From contig JAICYJ010000010.1 in the NCBI GenBank assembly GCA_025934255.1, positions 6,379-70,378 of the forward strand: 64,000 bases of DNA, written 5' to 3'. Under the pieces are notes generated by a model. The model worked only from the letters and a program-made list of their open reading frames with translations. It had not been told where the DNA came from and searched no databases. Positions 17,333-25,648 of this stretch are shown one piece after another. How positions within the stretch are numbered: the first letter of the stretch is position 1; each line of letters opens with the position of its first letter. The position numbers and the translations under genes are program-made. This DNA is from Thermoleophilia bacterium. Its GTDB lineage: Bacteria > Actinomycetota > Thermoleophilia > Gaiellales > JAICJC01.

Positions 17333-18087
17333 TCCCGCTTCACGACACCGTCCCCACCCGGCACCGGCCGGTGGTGACGCTGGCGCTGATCGCGATCAAC
17401 GTGGCCGTGTTCCTGGTCGAGCTGGCCGCGCCCCAGCAGCACCTGCCGACCACCCGCGGCCAGGTGTTCGCCGTGGACGGCCAGAGCGCGATCACGGCCG
17501 AGTACGGCTTCGTGCCGTGCGAGCTGCGCAGCTCCTGCCCGCTCGGCGACGACACCGTCGACTTCGGCGCCAACGCGCCCTTCCGCGTGCACCACGTGCC
17601 GGTGGTGGCGACGGTGTTCACGTCGATGTTCCTACACGCCGGTTGGGCCCACCTCGGCTTCAACATGCTGTTCCTGTGGGTGTTCGGGAGCAAGGTCGAG
17701 GATCGGCTGGGACGGTCCCGCTTCCTGGCCTTCTACCTGCTGGGCGGCGTCGCGGCGCTGGGCCTGCAGTGGGTGGCCGACCCCGGCAGCGCCGTGGCCA
17801 CCATCGGCGCGTCGGGCGCGATCGCGGCCGTGCTGGCCGGGTACCTGCTGCTGTACCCGCGCGCGCTGATCCTGACGCTGGTCGGCTGGATCCCGATACC
17901 GCTGCCGGCGATGGTGTTCCTGCTGATCTGGATCCTGCTGCAGCTGGCGGGGGCCGCCGGCACGATCGGGCAGGCGGCCGGCGGGGGCGGCGGCGTCGCC
18001 TACATGGCACACGTGGGTGGGTTTGCGTTCGGGCTGCTGGCGATCAGGAGGTTCGACCCGGGGCCTGGTCGAACCTCGTACCCCTAA
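17329..18087 (+). CDS. Rhomboid-family intramembrane serine protease
   Basis: GTGA overlap with the dehydrogenase stop. Contains the GASGAIAAVLAGY (GxSG) and AHVGGFAFG (catalytic His) motifs and about 6 TM segments. Confidence 0.8.
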   Translation: MIPLHDTVPTRHRPVVTLALIAINVAVFLVELAAPQQHLPTTRGQVFAVDGQSAITAEYGFVPCELRSSCPLGDDTVDFGANAPFRVHHVPVVATVFTSMFLHAGWAHLGFNMLFLWVFGSKVEDRLGRSRFLAFYLLGGVAALGLQWVADPGSAVATIGASGAIAAVLAGYLLLYPRALILTLVGWIPIPLPAMVFLLIWILLQLAGAAGTIGQAAGGGGGVAYMAHVGGFAFGLLAIRRFDPGPGRTSYP

Positions 18088-19040
18088 CCTGTCGCGCCGA
18101 CGCCGAACGCCTGCATCGTCAGCACCACGCGGTCGGAGCGCAGCACGGCGTTGGGGTGCAGGCGGTGGGCGGGCAGGTCGCGCGGGTCGTCGCCGCGGCG
18201 CCCCTCGTCGACCGACACGGTCTGCTCGTAGAGATCGAGCCGCACCTCGTACTCGTACCACGAGATGTCCCAGGCCACGCAGATCGAGACCACGCGCGGC
18301 AGCTCGCAGCCGTCCACCGCCACGTTCACAAGCGGGTCGCCGAGGCTGCGTGAGATCGAGACCACCCGCTCGACGTGGGGCGAGCGGTTGAACGCCTCCA
18401 GCGCCATCCGCCGCACCTGCCGGGCGTCGCCCTCGGTGCGCCGCGCCTCGGCCAGCTCGCCGTAGCGGCGCCGCTCATGCTCCAGCTCCTGTTCGAGCTG
18501 TCCGACCCGGCTCTCCAACCGCTCGACCATCGCCGTCTGCTCGTCCAGCCGTGCGCCGACCTGGTGGTGCTTGGCGATCTCGGCACGGTGCGCCGACTCA
18601 GCCTGGGCGGCGCGCTCATCGCTGCGGCGCTTCTCGTCAGCCATGCCGCGCAGCTCGCGGTCGCGCCGGCGCATCTCGTTGGAGAGATCCTTCATCTCCC
18701 GCTTGACCGTCCGCAGCTCGCCGGCCTGCTGCTCGGCCTTGGCGAGGGCGCTGCGCACCTGGTCGAGGTCGAACTCGACCGACTGCAGCTGGCCGCGCAG
18801 CCGGTCGATCAGGCCCTCGCGCTCGCGCAGGGCGTGGTCGCGCGGGGGGTTCGCGTGCACGGCCACGATCGGACGCCCGTCGGCGCGCCAGCCCCGGCGG
18901 TCGGCCTGCTCGTAGCAGAGCGGGCACACCTTCAGGAACCGCTTCGACGCCGGGTCCTGGTACAGGCGCGCGGGCTCGCCAACCAGAAGGTGGCGCCTGC
19001 AGAGAGCGCAGCTTGCGGTGTTCTCGGCGATGCTGGTCAA
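18084..19040 (-). CDS. Hypothetical protein: N-terminal CxxC...CxxC zinc ribbon, ~150-aa charged coiled coil, and an uncharacterised C-terminal domain
   Basis: GGAGGA lies 5 nt before TTG 19040. Zinc ribbon: CALCRRHLL…VCPLCYEQ. Heptad-like ER-rich region (…RLRGQLQSVEFDLDQVRSALAKAEQQAGELRTVKREMKDL…). The C-terminal region …VSICVAWDISWYEYEVRLDLYEQTVSVDEG… matches no family I recognise. Confidence 0.6.
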   Translation of the reverse strand: MTSIAENTASCALCRRHLLVGEPARLYQDPASKRFLKVCPLCYEQADRRGWRADGRPIVAVHANPPRDHALREREGLIDRLRGQLQSVEFDLDQVRSALAKAEQQAGELRTVKREMKDLSNEMRRRDRELRGMADEKRRSDERAAQAESAHRAEIAKHHQVGARLDEQTAMVERLESRVGQLEQELEHERRRYGELAEARRTEGDARQVRRMALEAFNRSPHVERVVSISRSLGDPLVNVAVDGCELPRVVSICVAWDISWYEYEVRLDLYEQTVSVDEGRRGDDPRDLPAHRLHPNAVLRSDRVVLTMQAFGVGATG

Positions 19041-19125
19041 ATCCGTCCTCCCGCCCGCTCGAGCGGACCTGGGAGCATACCGCGGTCGGGGAGGTCGCGG
19101 CGGACCGACGGCGAAGATGGCCTAT

Positions 19126-20781
19126 TCAGCAGCCGGCGGGGGTGCTCGCAGCCGCGCCGTCGGCCGCGCCGGCTGCCACGGCGGAGGGATCGGTGTCGAT
19201 GTTCAGCTGCACGATGCCCGCCTGCTGGGCGACCACCTCGGTCATGCCGTTGGCCGCCGGGCGCACGCAGGCGCCGACCGGGGTCGGCTGCCGGTAGGGG
19301 CTGTAGCGCACGCGCACCATGTAGCTACCCGGGCCCGACACCGACAGCACCACGCGCTGCTGGCCGAGATACGTCAGCGTCGCCCGCCGGCCGGGCGGCG
19401 CCGTCACGATCGGCGTCGGGTGCGGGAGCGCGTAGAAGGTCCAGTGCGGCGAGCTTGAGACGACCCGCAGCCCGGACACGCCGGTGCGCAGCAGCTGCGC
19501 CTCGCGCTCGGAGCTGTAGTCGAGCGGCGCGTCGGGCAGCATCACGTAGCGGACGCCGAGCGAGCGCATCCAGGCCCGGAACATGGCCGGCGTCATCTCG
19601 TCGTTGTAGAGCGAGCCGTTCTGCGGGAAGTCCTCCTGCCGGAACCATCCGCGCGCCAGCGGCACGCGCCACTTGGCCACGTAGTAGGCCTCCCAGTGAC
19701 CCCAGGTGGAGACGGCGTCGACCCGGTAGCCGGCGATCTGGGCGCGGTGCTCCTCGACGAACTGCCTGGCCGGGCGCCAGTAGCTGGCCGCCGCCGCCGG
19801 GTTCTCGTAGGCCGAGTAGGCATCACGCATCTTCGGGGCCACCTGCAGCGCCACCGCGGCCGCGATCAGCGGGAACACCAGCAGCCGCGATCGGCGCGGG
19901 TTCAGGTTTGCCGTCAGCCACAGCATCGGCGCCCCCGCGATCGCGAACAGGCGGCTGGGATTCGAGCCGATCGGGCCCTTCAGCAGGAACGCGAACAGGT
20001 TCAGCGCCAGGTAGGCGACGAACATCGCCCGCATCGAGCGGGTGGGCGCGGCGGTGCCGGCGATCCAGAGGCCCACCAGCGAGAACACGAGCACGATCAG
20101 CGCGTCCCAGAGGTCGTACGGGTACCAGCCCTGGCTGGGGAAGGCGCGCTGCAGCAGCACGCCCACGACGAACACGGCCACCACGATGCCGAAGGCCGCG
20201 CGGTTGGAGCGAAGCGCACCCAGCGGCTGCGCCTTGCCCAGCAGCACCCCGGCCAGCACCGCGCACAGCAACGAGAAGGACAGCGGGCTGAAGGCGAGCG
20301 TCACCAGCACTGCGAGGCCGAACCAGATCCGCCGGCAACGCTGCAGCAGCGCCAAAGCCAGCAGCGACGAGGCCACTCCGGCCAGGAACGGATAGGTGCC
20401 GCCGACCATCATGATGAACGGCGCGGTGATGGCGAAGGTGATGCTGGGGCCGCGCGCGGCCGACGCCCACTCACGGCTGCAGACCAGCGCGAAGCAGCCG
20501 CCCATCAGGGCCGACGCCGGCAGCAGCACGCCCAGCTGCCCGACCTGCGCGGCGACGGCGTAGTAGAGCATGCTGTAGTTGACGAACTCGTAGCGGCCGG
20601 CGTACCAGTAGTTGTTGTAGATGTCGAAGCCGCCGTGGCTGAACAGCCAGGTCTGGAACAGGTGCGACGGTGCATCGATGCCGGGGCTCGTGAACAGCCA
20701 CAGCAGCAGCGTCACCGAGGCGGACAGGCCGGCGCAGGCAAGCGGCAGCACGTAGCGGCGCGGGAGGGCGGGCACGACCAC
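19126..20781 (-). CDS. Polytopic membrane protein, GT-C-like/PTPS-related-type putative glycosyltransferase with a C-terminal extracytoplasmic domain
   Basis: About 10 TM segments. The N-terminal loop GIDAPSHLFQTWLFSHGGFDIYNNYWYAGRYEFVNYSMLYY resembles the DxxxH/aromatic loop of membrane glycosyltransferase-like families. A -10-like TATGGT sits 6 nt before GTG 20781. Confidence 0.45.
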   Translation of the reverse strand: MVVPALPRRYVLPLACAGLSASVTLLLWLFTSPGIDAPSHLFQTWLFSHGGFDIYNNYWYAGRYEFVNYSMLYYAVAAQVGQLGVLLPASALMGGCFALVCSREWASAARGPSITFAITAPFIMMVGGTYPFLAGVASSLLALALLQRCRRIWFGLAVLVTLAFSPLSFSLLCAVLAGVLLGKAQPLGALRSNRAAFGIVVAVFVVGVLLQRAFPSQGWYPYDLWDALIVLVFSLVGLWIAGTAAPTRSMRAMFVAYLALNLFAFLLKGPIGSNPSRLFAIAGAPMLWLTANLNPRRSRLLVFPLIAAAVALQVAPKMRDAYSAYENPAAAASYWRPARQFVEEHRAQIAGYRVDAVSTWGHWEAYYVAKWRVPLARGWFRQEDFPQNGSLYNDEMTPAMFRAWMRSLGVRYVMLPDAPLDYSSEREAQLLRTGVSGLRVVSSSPHWTFYALPHPTPIVTAPPGRRATLTYLGQQRVVLSVSGPGSYMVRVRYSPYRQPTPVGACVRPAANGMTEVVAQQAGIVQLNIDTDPSAVAAGAADGAAASTPAGC

Positions 20782-20833
20782 ACCGGAACCATACCCGCCG
20801 ACCCCGCGGCGGCCTGTGGGCCGGACCCAACGA

Positions 20834-20866
20834 AGCGGATCGGGATCGGCCCGACGACCTTCTGGT
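20834..20866 (-). repeat. Partial copy (31 of 33 nt) of the 3' half of the nearby tRNA-Ala gene; candidate att-site remnant
   Basis: AGCGGATCGGGATCGgcCCGACGACCTTCTGGT (20834-20866) versus AGCGGATCGGGATCGaaCCGACGACCTTCTGGT (21464-21496). Same orientation, 630 bp apart. Confidence 0.7.
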
Positions 20867-20898
20867 GAAAGCCCGCTCCTCCGAGTCGATGATGATGG

Positions 20899-20927
20899 TT
20901 GACAGAACGCGCGGACTTTGTGAGTAT
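20899..20927 (+). promoter_or_regulatory. Candidate sigma70-type promoter for the islet gene (TTGACA-N17-GAGTAT with a TG just upstream)
   Basis: Perfect -35 TTGACA at 20899-20904 and GAGTAT at 20922-20927. AAGGAGG follows at 20946-20952, ahead of ATG 20963. Confidence 0.4.
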
Positions 20928-20962
20928 TGGCTCAATTCAGCGGCCAAGGAGGCTCCGCTCCC

Positions 20963-21448
20963 ATGCGGCGCACTATCCTCAGCGCTGGTTTCGCCATCGG
21001 AACGATGCTGGTGGTCGCGGCTCCTGCCAGCGCGACCGCGCCCGACCGAGAGGTCGACAGCTTCTCGTTCTCAGATAGCGCGGATTGCGGCAGCTTCACC
21101 GATGACTACGCCGGCACGGTGACGATCAGGACAACGACGTTCTTCGACGCGGACGGCAACCCGATCATGGTTCGTCGCAAGTTCTTGCAACGCGAGACGG
21201 ACATCAACTCCGAGACCGGCACGAGCGTTCGCGTGAAGGGCTCGTACACCGAGTCGATTGACCTGCCTACCGGTATTCGGCGAACCACAGGCCAGGTGTT
21301 CATGGGCGTCGGCGGAAAGGGCGCGAACGTCATCCACGACACCGGCCTGGTCATCTTCAATGACATCACCAGCGAGGTGATCAAGGTGGCCGGCCCGCAT
21401 ACCGTGCTCGAGGGCGGCAACGAGCCGTTCTGCCAGGCGCTGAGCTGA
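20963..21448 (+). CDS. Hypothetical secreted protein (161 aa) in a lower-GC islet
   Basis: AAGGAGG RBS. Signal peptide MRRTILSAGFAIGTMLVVAAPASA. GC is visibly lower than in the flanks. No family was recognised. Confidence 0.6.
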   Translation: MRRTILSAGFAIGTMLVVAAPASATAPDREVDSFSFSDSADCGSFTDDYAGTVTIRTTTFFDADGNPIMVRRKFLQRETDINSETGTSVRVKGSYTESIDLPTGIRRTTGQVFMGVGGKGANVIHDTGLVIFNDITSEVIKVAGPHTVLEGGNEPFCQALS

Positions 21449-21460
21449 TCGCCGCGGGTA

Positions 21461-21533
21461 TGGAGCGGATCGGGATCGAACCGACGACCTTCTGGTTGCA
21501 AACCAGATGCTCTCCCAACTGAGCTACCGCCCC
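21461..21533 (-). tRNA. tRNA-Ala (anticodon UGC), 73 nt, CCA not encoded
   Basis: Reverse complement GGGGCGGTAGCTCAGTTGGGAGAGCATCTGGTTTGCAACCAGAAGGTCGTCGGTTCGATCCCGATCCGCTCCA. It folds as a cloverleaf with anticodon loop TTTGCAA and the G3:U70 alanine identity pair. Confidence 0.95.
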
Positions 21534-21574
21534 GGGCCGCCTCAGTCTATCGTGGAGCGGCCCTCCGGCCCTCT

Positions 21575-21592
21575 TGACTGATTGATCAGTCA
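21575..21592. promoter_or_regulatory. 18-bp perfect palindrome TGACTGAT-TG-ATCAGTCA overlapping the -35 of the SBP gene promoter; candidate operator
   Basis: TTGACT (21574-21579), 18-nt spacer, TAGTGT (21598-21603), then ATG 21613 nine nt later. The palindrome spans the -35 and the spacer. Confidence 0.5.
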
Positions 21593-21612
21593 GCCAGTAG
21601 TGTGCCCGCACC

Positions 21613-23298
21613 ATGCTGCGGCCGCGAACCATGCTGATGGCGCTCGCGCTGCTGGCCGCCGTCTGCGGCGGCTGCGGCGGTAGCAGCAGCAGCTCGGGCG
21701 CGAGCGGCAGCGGCAAGAACACGATCCTGCGGATCGGCACCACCTACTACATCGATTCCCTGAACCCGCTGCTGGCCTACGAGCCGCAGGCGTCGAACGC
21801 GTTCGCGATGATCTACCCGCAGCTCGTCCAGTACGGCCCGGGCCTCAAGATCGCCCCCGACTGGGCCACCAGCTGGGAGGAGTCGAAGGACGGCCTCACC
21901 TGGACGTTCCACCTCAAGCCCGGCGGCAAGTGGAGCGACGGCGTGCCGCTGACCGCCGAGGACGCGGTGTGGTGGGTGAACACCATCTTCAAGTACCAGA
22001 ACGGCGCCACCTCCTACCTGGCCGGTGAGCTGGCCGGCCTCAAGAAGATCACGGCCCCCGACCCCAACACGCTGGTGCTGACCTACAGGAAGCCGGTGCC
22101 CTCAGCGCTCGCGAACCTCGAGCAGTTCTACTTCATGCCCAAGCACGTCTGGTCGAAGTACACCGGCAACGACGGCAAGGACATGAAGTCGTTCGACCCC
22201 GAGCAGCACCTGCCGGTGGTGTCGGGCGGGCCTTACACGATCACGCAGTTCCAGGAGAAGGGCACCACCGTCTTCAAGCCCAACCCGTACTTCTACGGGC
22301 CCAAGAGCCACGTCGCCGCCGTCGCCCTCACCTACTACACGAACGCCACGTCGATGATCGCGGACCTCGAGCAGAACCAGCTCGACTTCATCGACGCCAC
22401 GCCCTACACGGCCGCCAACTCGATGAAGGGCAAGAGCAACATCACCGTCTCGATCGCACCCGGCAGCGAGGTCACCAACCTCGGCATCAACTCGAACCCG
22501 GTCAAGCCCAAGAACCGCGAGCTGCTCGACCCCCGCGTGAAGGAAGCGCTCGAGTACGCGATCCCGCGCCAGGAGCTGGTGGACGTCGTCTACGGCGGCC
22601 ACGCCCAGCCCTGGGCCAACATCATGTCCGCCTGGTCGGGGCCGTCCGGCTGGTTGAACCCGGACGTGAAGCCGCTGCCCTACGACATCGCCAAGGCCAA
22701 CCAGATCCTCGATCAGCTCGGCTACACGCGCGGCTCGAACGGCATCCGGGTGGCGCCCGCCACCACCGGCCAGTACGCCCAGCCGGCGCATCCGATGAGC
22801 TACAGCGTGATCGTCCCCAACGACCTCGACTTCAACGGCGACCGGCAGTTCTCGGTGCTGGCGGCCGCCTACGCCAAGGTCGGCGTGCAGCTGCACGAGA
22901 TCTCCGGCGGCGACGTGTCGCAGGCCTACGACCTGATCACCGCTCCCAACTACACCTACAAGAACGCCGACATGTTCACCTGGTACTGGCACCCCTACAT
23001 CGACCCCAACTACAACCTGTCGGTGGTGACGCGGGCGCAGTGGGGGAACAGCAGCGACACCGGCTTTGACGACCCCACGTACGACGCCATGTGGCGCAAG
23101 CAGGCGGGGCTGGTCAGCTTCAAGCAGCGGCAGCAGCTGGTCTGGCAGATGGAGGCGTACCTCGCCCAGAAGCGGCCCTACATCCAGCTCGTGGACACCG
23201 ACGTGATCACGGCCCACTCAAACTCCTGGACCGGGTTCGATCCGCAGCTGTGGGGCTACTGCAAGTGCTTCTACACGAGCCCGCACCCGACCGGATGA
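21613..23298 (+). CDS. ABC transporter substrate-binding protein, family 5 (peptide/nickel/opine type); no cognate permease or ATPase genes adjacent
   Basis: 561 aa with an N-terminal signal (MLMALALLAAVCGGCGG). Typical family-5 features are …LRIGTT.YIDSLNPLLAY…, KW(S)DG.PLTA.DV. Confidence 0.75.
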   Translation: MLRPRTMLMALALLAAVCGGCGGSSSSSGASGSGKNTILRIGTTYYIDSLNPLLAYEPQASNAFAMIYPQLVQYGPGLKIAPDWATSWEESKDGLTWTFHLKPGGKWSDGVPLTAEDAVWWVNTIFKYQNGATSYLAGELAGLKKITAPDPNTLVLTYRKPVPSALANLEQFYFMPKHVWSKYTGNDGKDMKSFDPEQHLPVVSGGPYTITQFQEKGTTVFKPNPYFYGPKSHVAAVALTYYTNATSMIADLEQNQLDFIDATPYTAANSMKGKSNITVSIAPGSEVTNLGINSNPVKPKNRELLDPRVKEALEYAIPRQELVDVVYGGHAQPWANIMSAWSGPSGWLNPDVKPLPYDIAKANQILDQLGYTRGSNGIRVAPATTGQYAQPAHPMSYSVIVPNDLDFNGDRQFSVLAAAYAKVGVQLHEISGGDVSQAYDLITAPNYTYKNADMFTWYWHPYIDPNYNLSVVTRAQWGNSSDTGFDDPTYDAMWRKQAGLVSFKQRQQLVWQMEAYLAQKRPYIQLVDTDVITAHSNSWTGFDPQLWGYCKCFYTSPHPTG

Positions 23299-24257
23299 CC
23301 GGCCCCTTCCGGGGGCCCGGCGGCTGGCTGCGCTGCCAGCTGCACTCGCACACCACCAACTCCGACGGCGACGCGACGCCGCAGGGTCTGGTCGACCACT
23401 ACGCCCGGGCCGGCTTCGACGTGCTGGCGATCACCGATCACTGGCACGCGACCTCCCACGAGCACGACCGGGTGACGGTGATCGCCTCCAGCGAGTTGTC
23501 CGCCCGCGTGCCCGAGCAGGAGCTGGAGGAGGCCGAGGTACTGGCGATCGGCGCCGATGTGGTGCCCGAGCCCCGCGAGCACTTCGCCACGGTCGAGCAG
23601 TGCGCGGCCTGGGTCAGGGAGCAGGGAGGCGTGCCGTTCCTGGCCCATCCCTACTGGAGCGGCCTCTCCGCACACCACGTGCTCGACGCGCCCAGCCTGG
23701 CCGGCATCGAGCTCTACAACGGCGGCAGCGAGCTCGCCAACGGCAACGGGCTGTCGGACGCGCTGTGGGACCTGGTCAGCCACGCCGGCCGCGCCTGCAC
23801 CGGCGTCGCCACCGACGACTGCCACTACCCCGGCCACGACAGCCTGCTGGCCTGGACGATGGTGCGGGCGGAGTCGCGCGACCAGGCGGCGGTGCTGGAG
23901 GCGCTGAACGCGGGCCGGTTCTACGGCTCCAGCGGCGCGGTGCTGCACGACGTGCGGGTCGGTCCCGATGCGATCGAGGTCGAGTGCTCGCCGGCCGTGG
24001 CCGTGACGCTGCGATCGGGCCCGTGGGACGGGGGCCGTGTCAACGCGGATCCGCGGCGCATGAACTGGCGCGGCGAGGCGCTTTCGCGCAGCCCCCAGGG
24101 GCTGATCACGGCCGCTCGCTTCCGGCTCCCGGAGCGCTGGCCGTGGGCGCGGGTGGACGTCGCGGCGGCCGACGGCGGACGCGCGTGGACGAACCCGGAG
24201 CCGGTGGCGCTCGATCCCGACCCGTCGGACGAGGGGGGCTGGCTGCCCGATCGCTGA
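23295..24257 (+). CDS. PHP-domain (polymerase/histidinol phosphatase-like) metal-dependent phosphoesterase
   Basis: ATGA overlap with the SBP stop. Contains CQLHSHTTNSDGD…VLAITDHWH, the PHP HxH…D…H motifs. Confidence 0.7.
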   Translation: MTGPFRGPGGWLRCQLHSHTTNSDGDATPQGLVDHYARAGFDVLAITDHWHATSHEHDRVTVIASSELSARVPEQELEEAEVLAIGADVVPEPREHFATVEQCAAWVREQGGVPFLAHPYWSGLSAHHVLDAPSLAGIELYNGGSELANGNGLSDALWDLVSHAGRACTGVATDDCHYPGHDSLLAWTMVRAESRDQAAVLEALNAGRFYGSSGAVLHDVRVGPDAIEVECSPAVAVTLRSGPWDGGRVNADPRRMNWRGEALSRSPQGLITAARFRLPERWPWARVDVAAADGGRAWTNPEPVALDPDPSDEGGWLPDR

Positions 24258-24325
24258 TGCGGAGGCGCCCGCGGGCGCCCGTCCACGCCGTACACCCGTG
24301 CTCAAGCCCGGGACCTCGCACGCCG

Positions 24326-25648
24326 ATGCCTTTCTCGATGGCTCTGCCCGACCCACGCCGTGCGCCCGTGCGCGCGAAGGGCGCCGCCTCCTCCGGAGCG
24401 CGGTGGATCGACCGATGGCTGGCAACGGTCGCCGACCTGGCCACACTGAAGGACTCGCACCCGATGCTGGATGCTGTGATCGACGAGATCGACGGCCGCA
24501 TGATCCGGATCGGCGACCACTGGCTGGCCGACTTCGCCTCCTGCAACTACCTCGGGTTCGACCTCGACCGCGACATCATCGAGTCGGTGCCGGCGTACCT
24601 GGACGCCTGGGGCACGCATCCCAGCTGGTCACGGCTGCTGGGGTCGCCCGTCCTGTACGAGCAGATCGAGGCGCGGCTGACGGAGCTGCTGGGCTGCGAG
24701 GACGCGCTGGTGCTGCCGACCATCACCCACATCCACACCTCCGTGATACCGGTGCTGGCGGGCTCGGGCACGATCCTGCTGGACAGCCGCGCACACAAGA
24801 CCATCTACGACGGCTGCCAGGTGGCCCGTAGCCACGGTGCCACCGTCCGCCGCTTCCGGTTCGAGGATCCCGGCCACGTCGACCAGCTGCTGCGCGAGAT
24901 CAGCGCCCACCCGCGCATCATCTGCATGGACGGCGTCAACAGCATGACCGGCAACGCGCCCGACCTGCGGGAGTTCGCCCGAGTTGCCCGCGAGCACGAC
25001 GCGCTGCTGTACGTCGATGACGCCCACGGCTTCGGTGTGATCGGCGAGCGGCGCCCGGACGAGCTGTGCAGCTATGGCTGCCGCGGCAACAGCCTGGTGC
25101 GGCACGCGGACGAGACGTACGAGAACCTGATCCTGGTGGGCGGCTTCTCGAAGGCGTACTCGTCGCTGCTGGCCTTCATCGCTTGCCCAACCGCGGTCAA
25201 GAACATGCTGAAGGTGGCCGCTCCGCCCTACCTCTACTCGGGGCCGTCCCCGGTCGCATCGCTGGCCACCGTGCTGTCCGGCTTCGACGTGAATGAGGCG
25301 CGCGGCGACCTGCTGCGGGCCTCGATCAACCACAAGACCGCGCGCGTGCTGGACTGCATGGAACGGCTGGGCGCGCACACGCCGAACCATTCCGGCTTCC
25401 CGGTGATCGAGGTACCGCTGGCCGAGCATGAGCAGATCGGCGTGGTCGGGCGGATGCTGTTCGATCGCGGCATCTACGTGACGCTGGCCGCCTACCCGCT
25501 GGTGCCGCGCGACGAGGTCGGCTTCCGCGTCCAGATGACGGCGGCGAACACCGACGCAGAGATCGACCGGCTGATCCTGGCACTGACCGACCTCGCCGAG
25601 CGCGGGTTCCTGCAGACCGGCACGGCCGCCCAGGAGCGTGCCGCATGA
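24326..25648 (+). CDS. Alpha-oxoamine synthase family PLP enzyme (BioF/Kbl/serine-palmitoyltransferase-like)
   Basis: …FASCNYLGF…, DDAHGFGV, and the PLP-lysine region GGFSKAYSSLLAF. The start is uncertain (ATG 24326, 24338 or 24463). Confidence 0.75.
   Translation: MPFSMALPDPRRAPVRAKGAASSGARWIDRWLATVADLATLKDSHPMLDAVIDEIDGRMIRIGDHWLADFASCNYLGFDLDRDIIESVPAYLDAWGTHPSWSRLLGSPVLYEQIEARLTELLGCEDALVLPTITHIHTSVIPVLAGSGTILLDSRAHKTIYDGCQVARSHGATVRRFRFEDPGHVDQLLREISAHPRIICMDGVNSMTGNAPDLREFARVAREHDALLYVDDAHGFGVIGERRPDELCSYGCRGNSLVRHADETYENLILVGGFSKAYSSLLAFIACPTAVKNMLKVAAPPYLYSGPSPVASLATVLSGFDVNEARGDLLRASINHKTARVLDCMERLGAHTPNHSGFPVIEVPLAEHEQIGVVGRMLFDRGIYVTLAAYPLVPRDEVGFRVQMTAANTDAEIDRLILALTDLAERGFLQTGTAAQERAA

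Noticed and set aside
20782-21460. An integrase, excisionase or other mobility gene inside the tRNA-Ala islet.
   Set aside because: Only one ORF with coding character fits in the 630 bp, and it encodes a secreted protein. I therefore call this a remnant or cassette rather than an active integrative element.
24264-24279. 16-nt perfect GC palindrome GGCGCCCGCGGGCGCC after the PHP gene, as a possible intrinsic terminator.
   Set aside because: It has no U-tract and only a 4-nt loop. Such GC palindromes are frequent in this composition. I mention it only as the sole element in the 68-nt gap.
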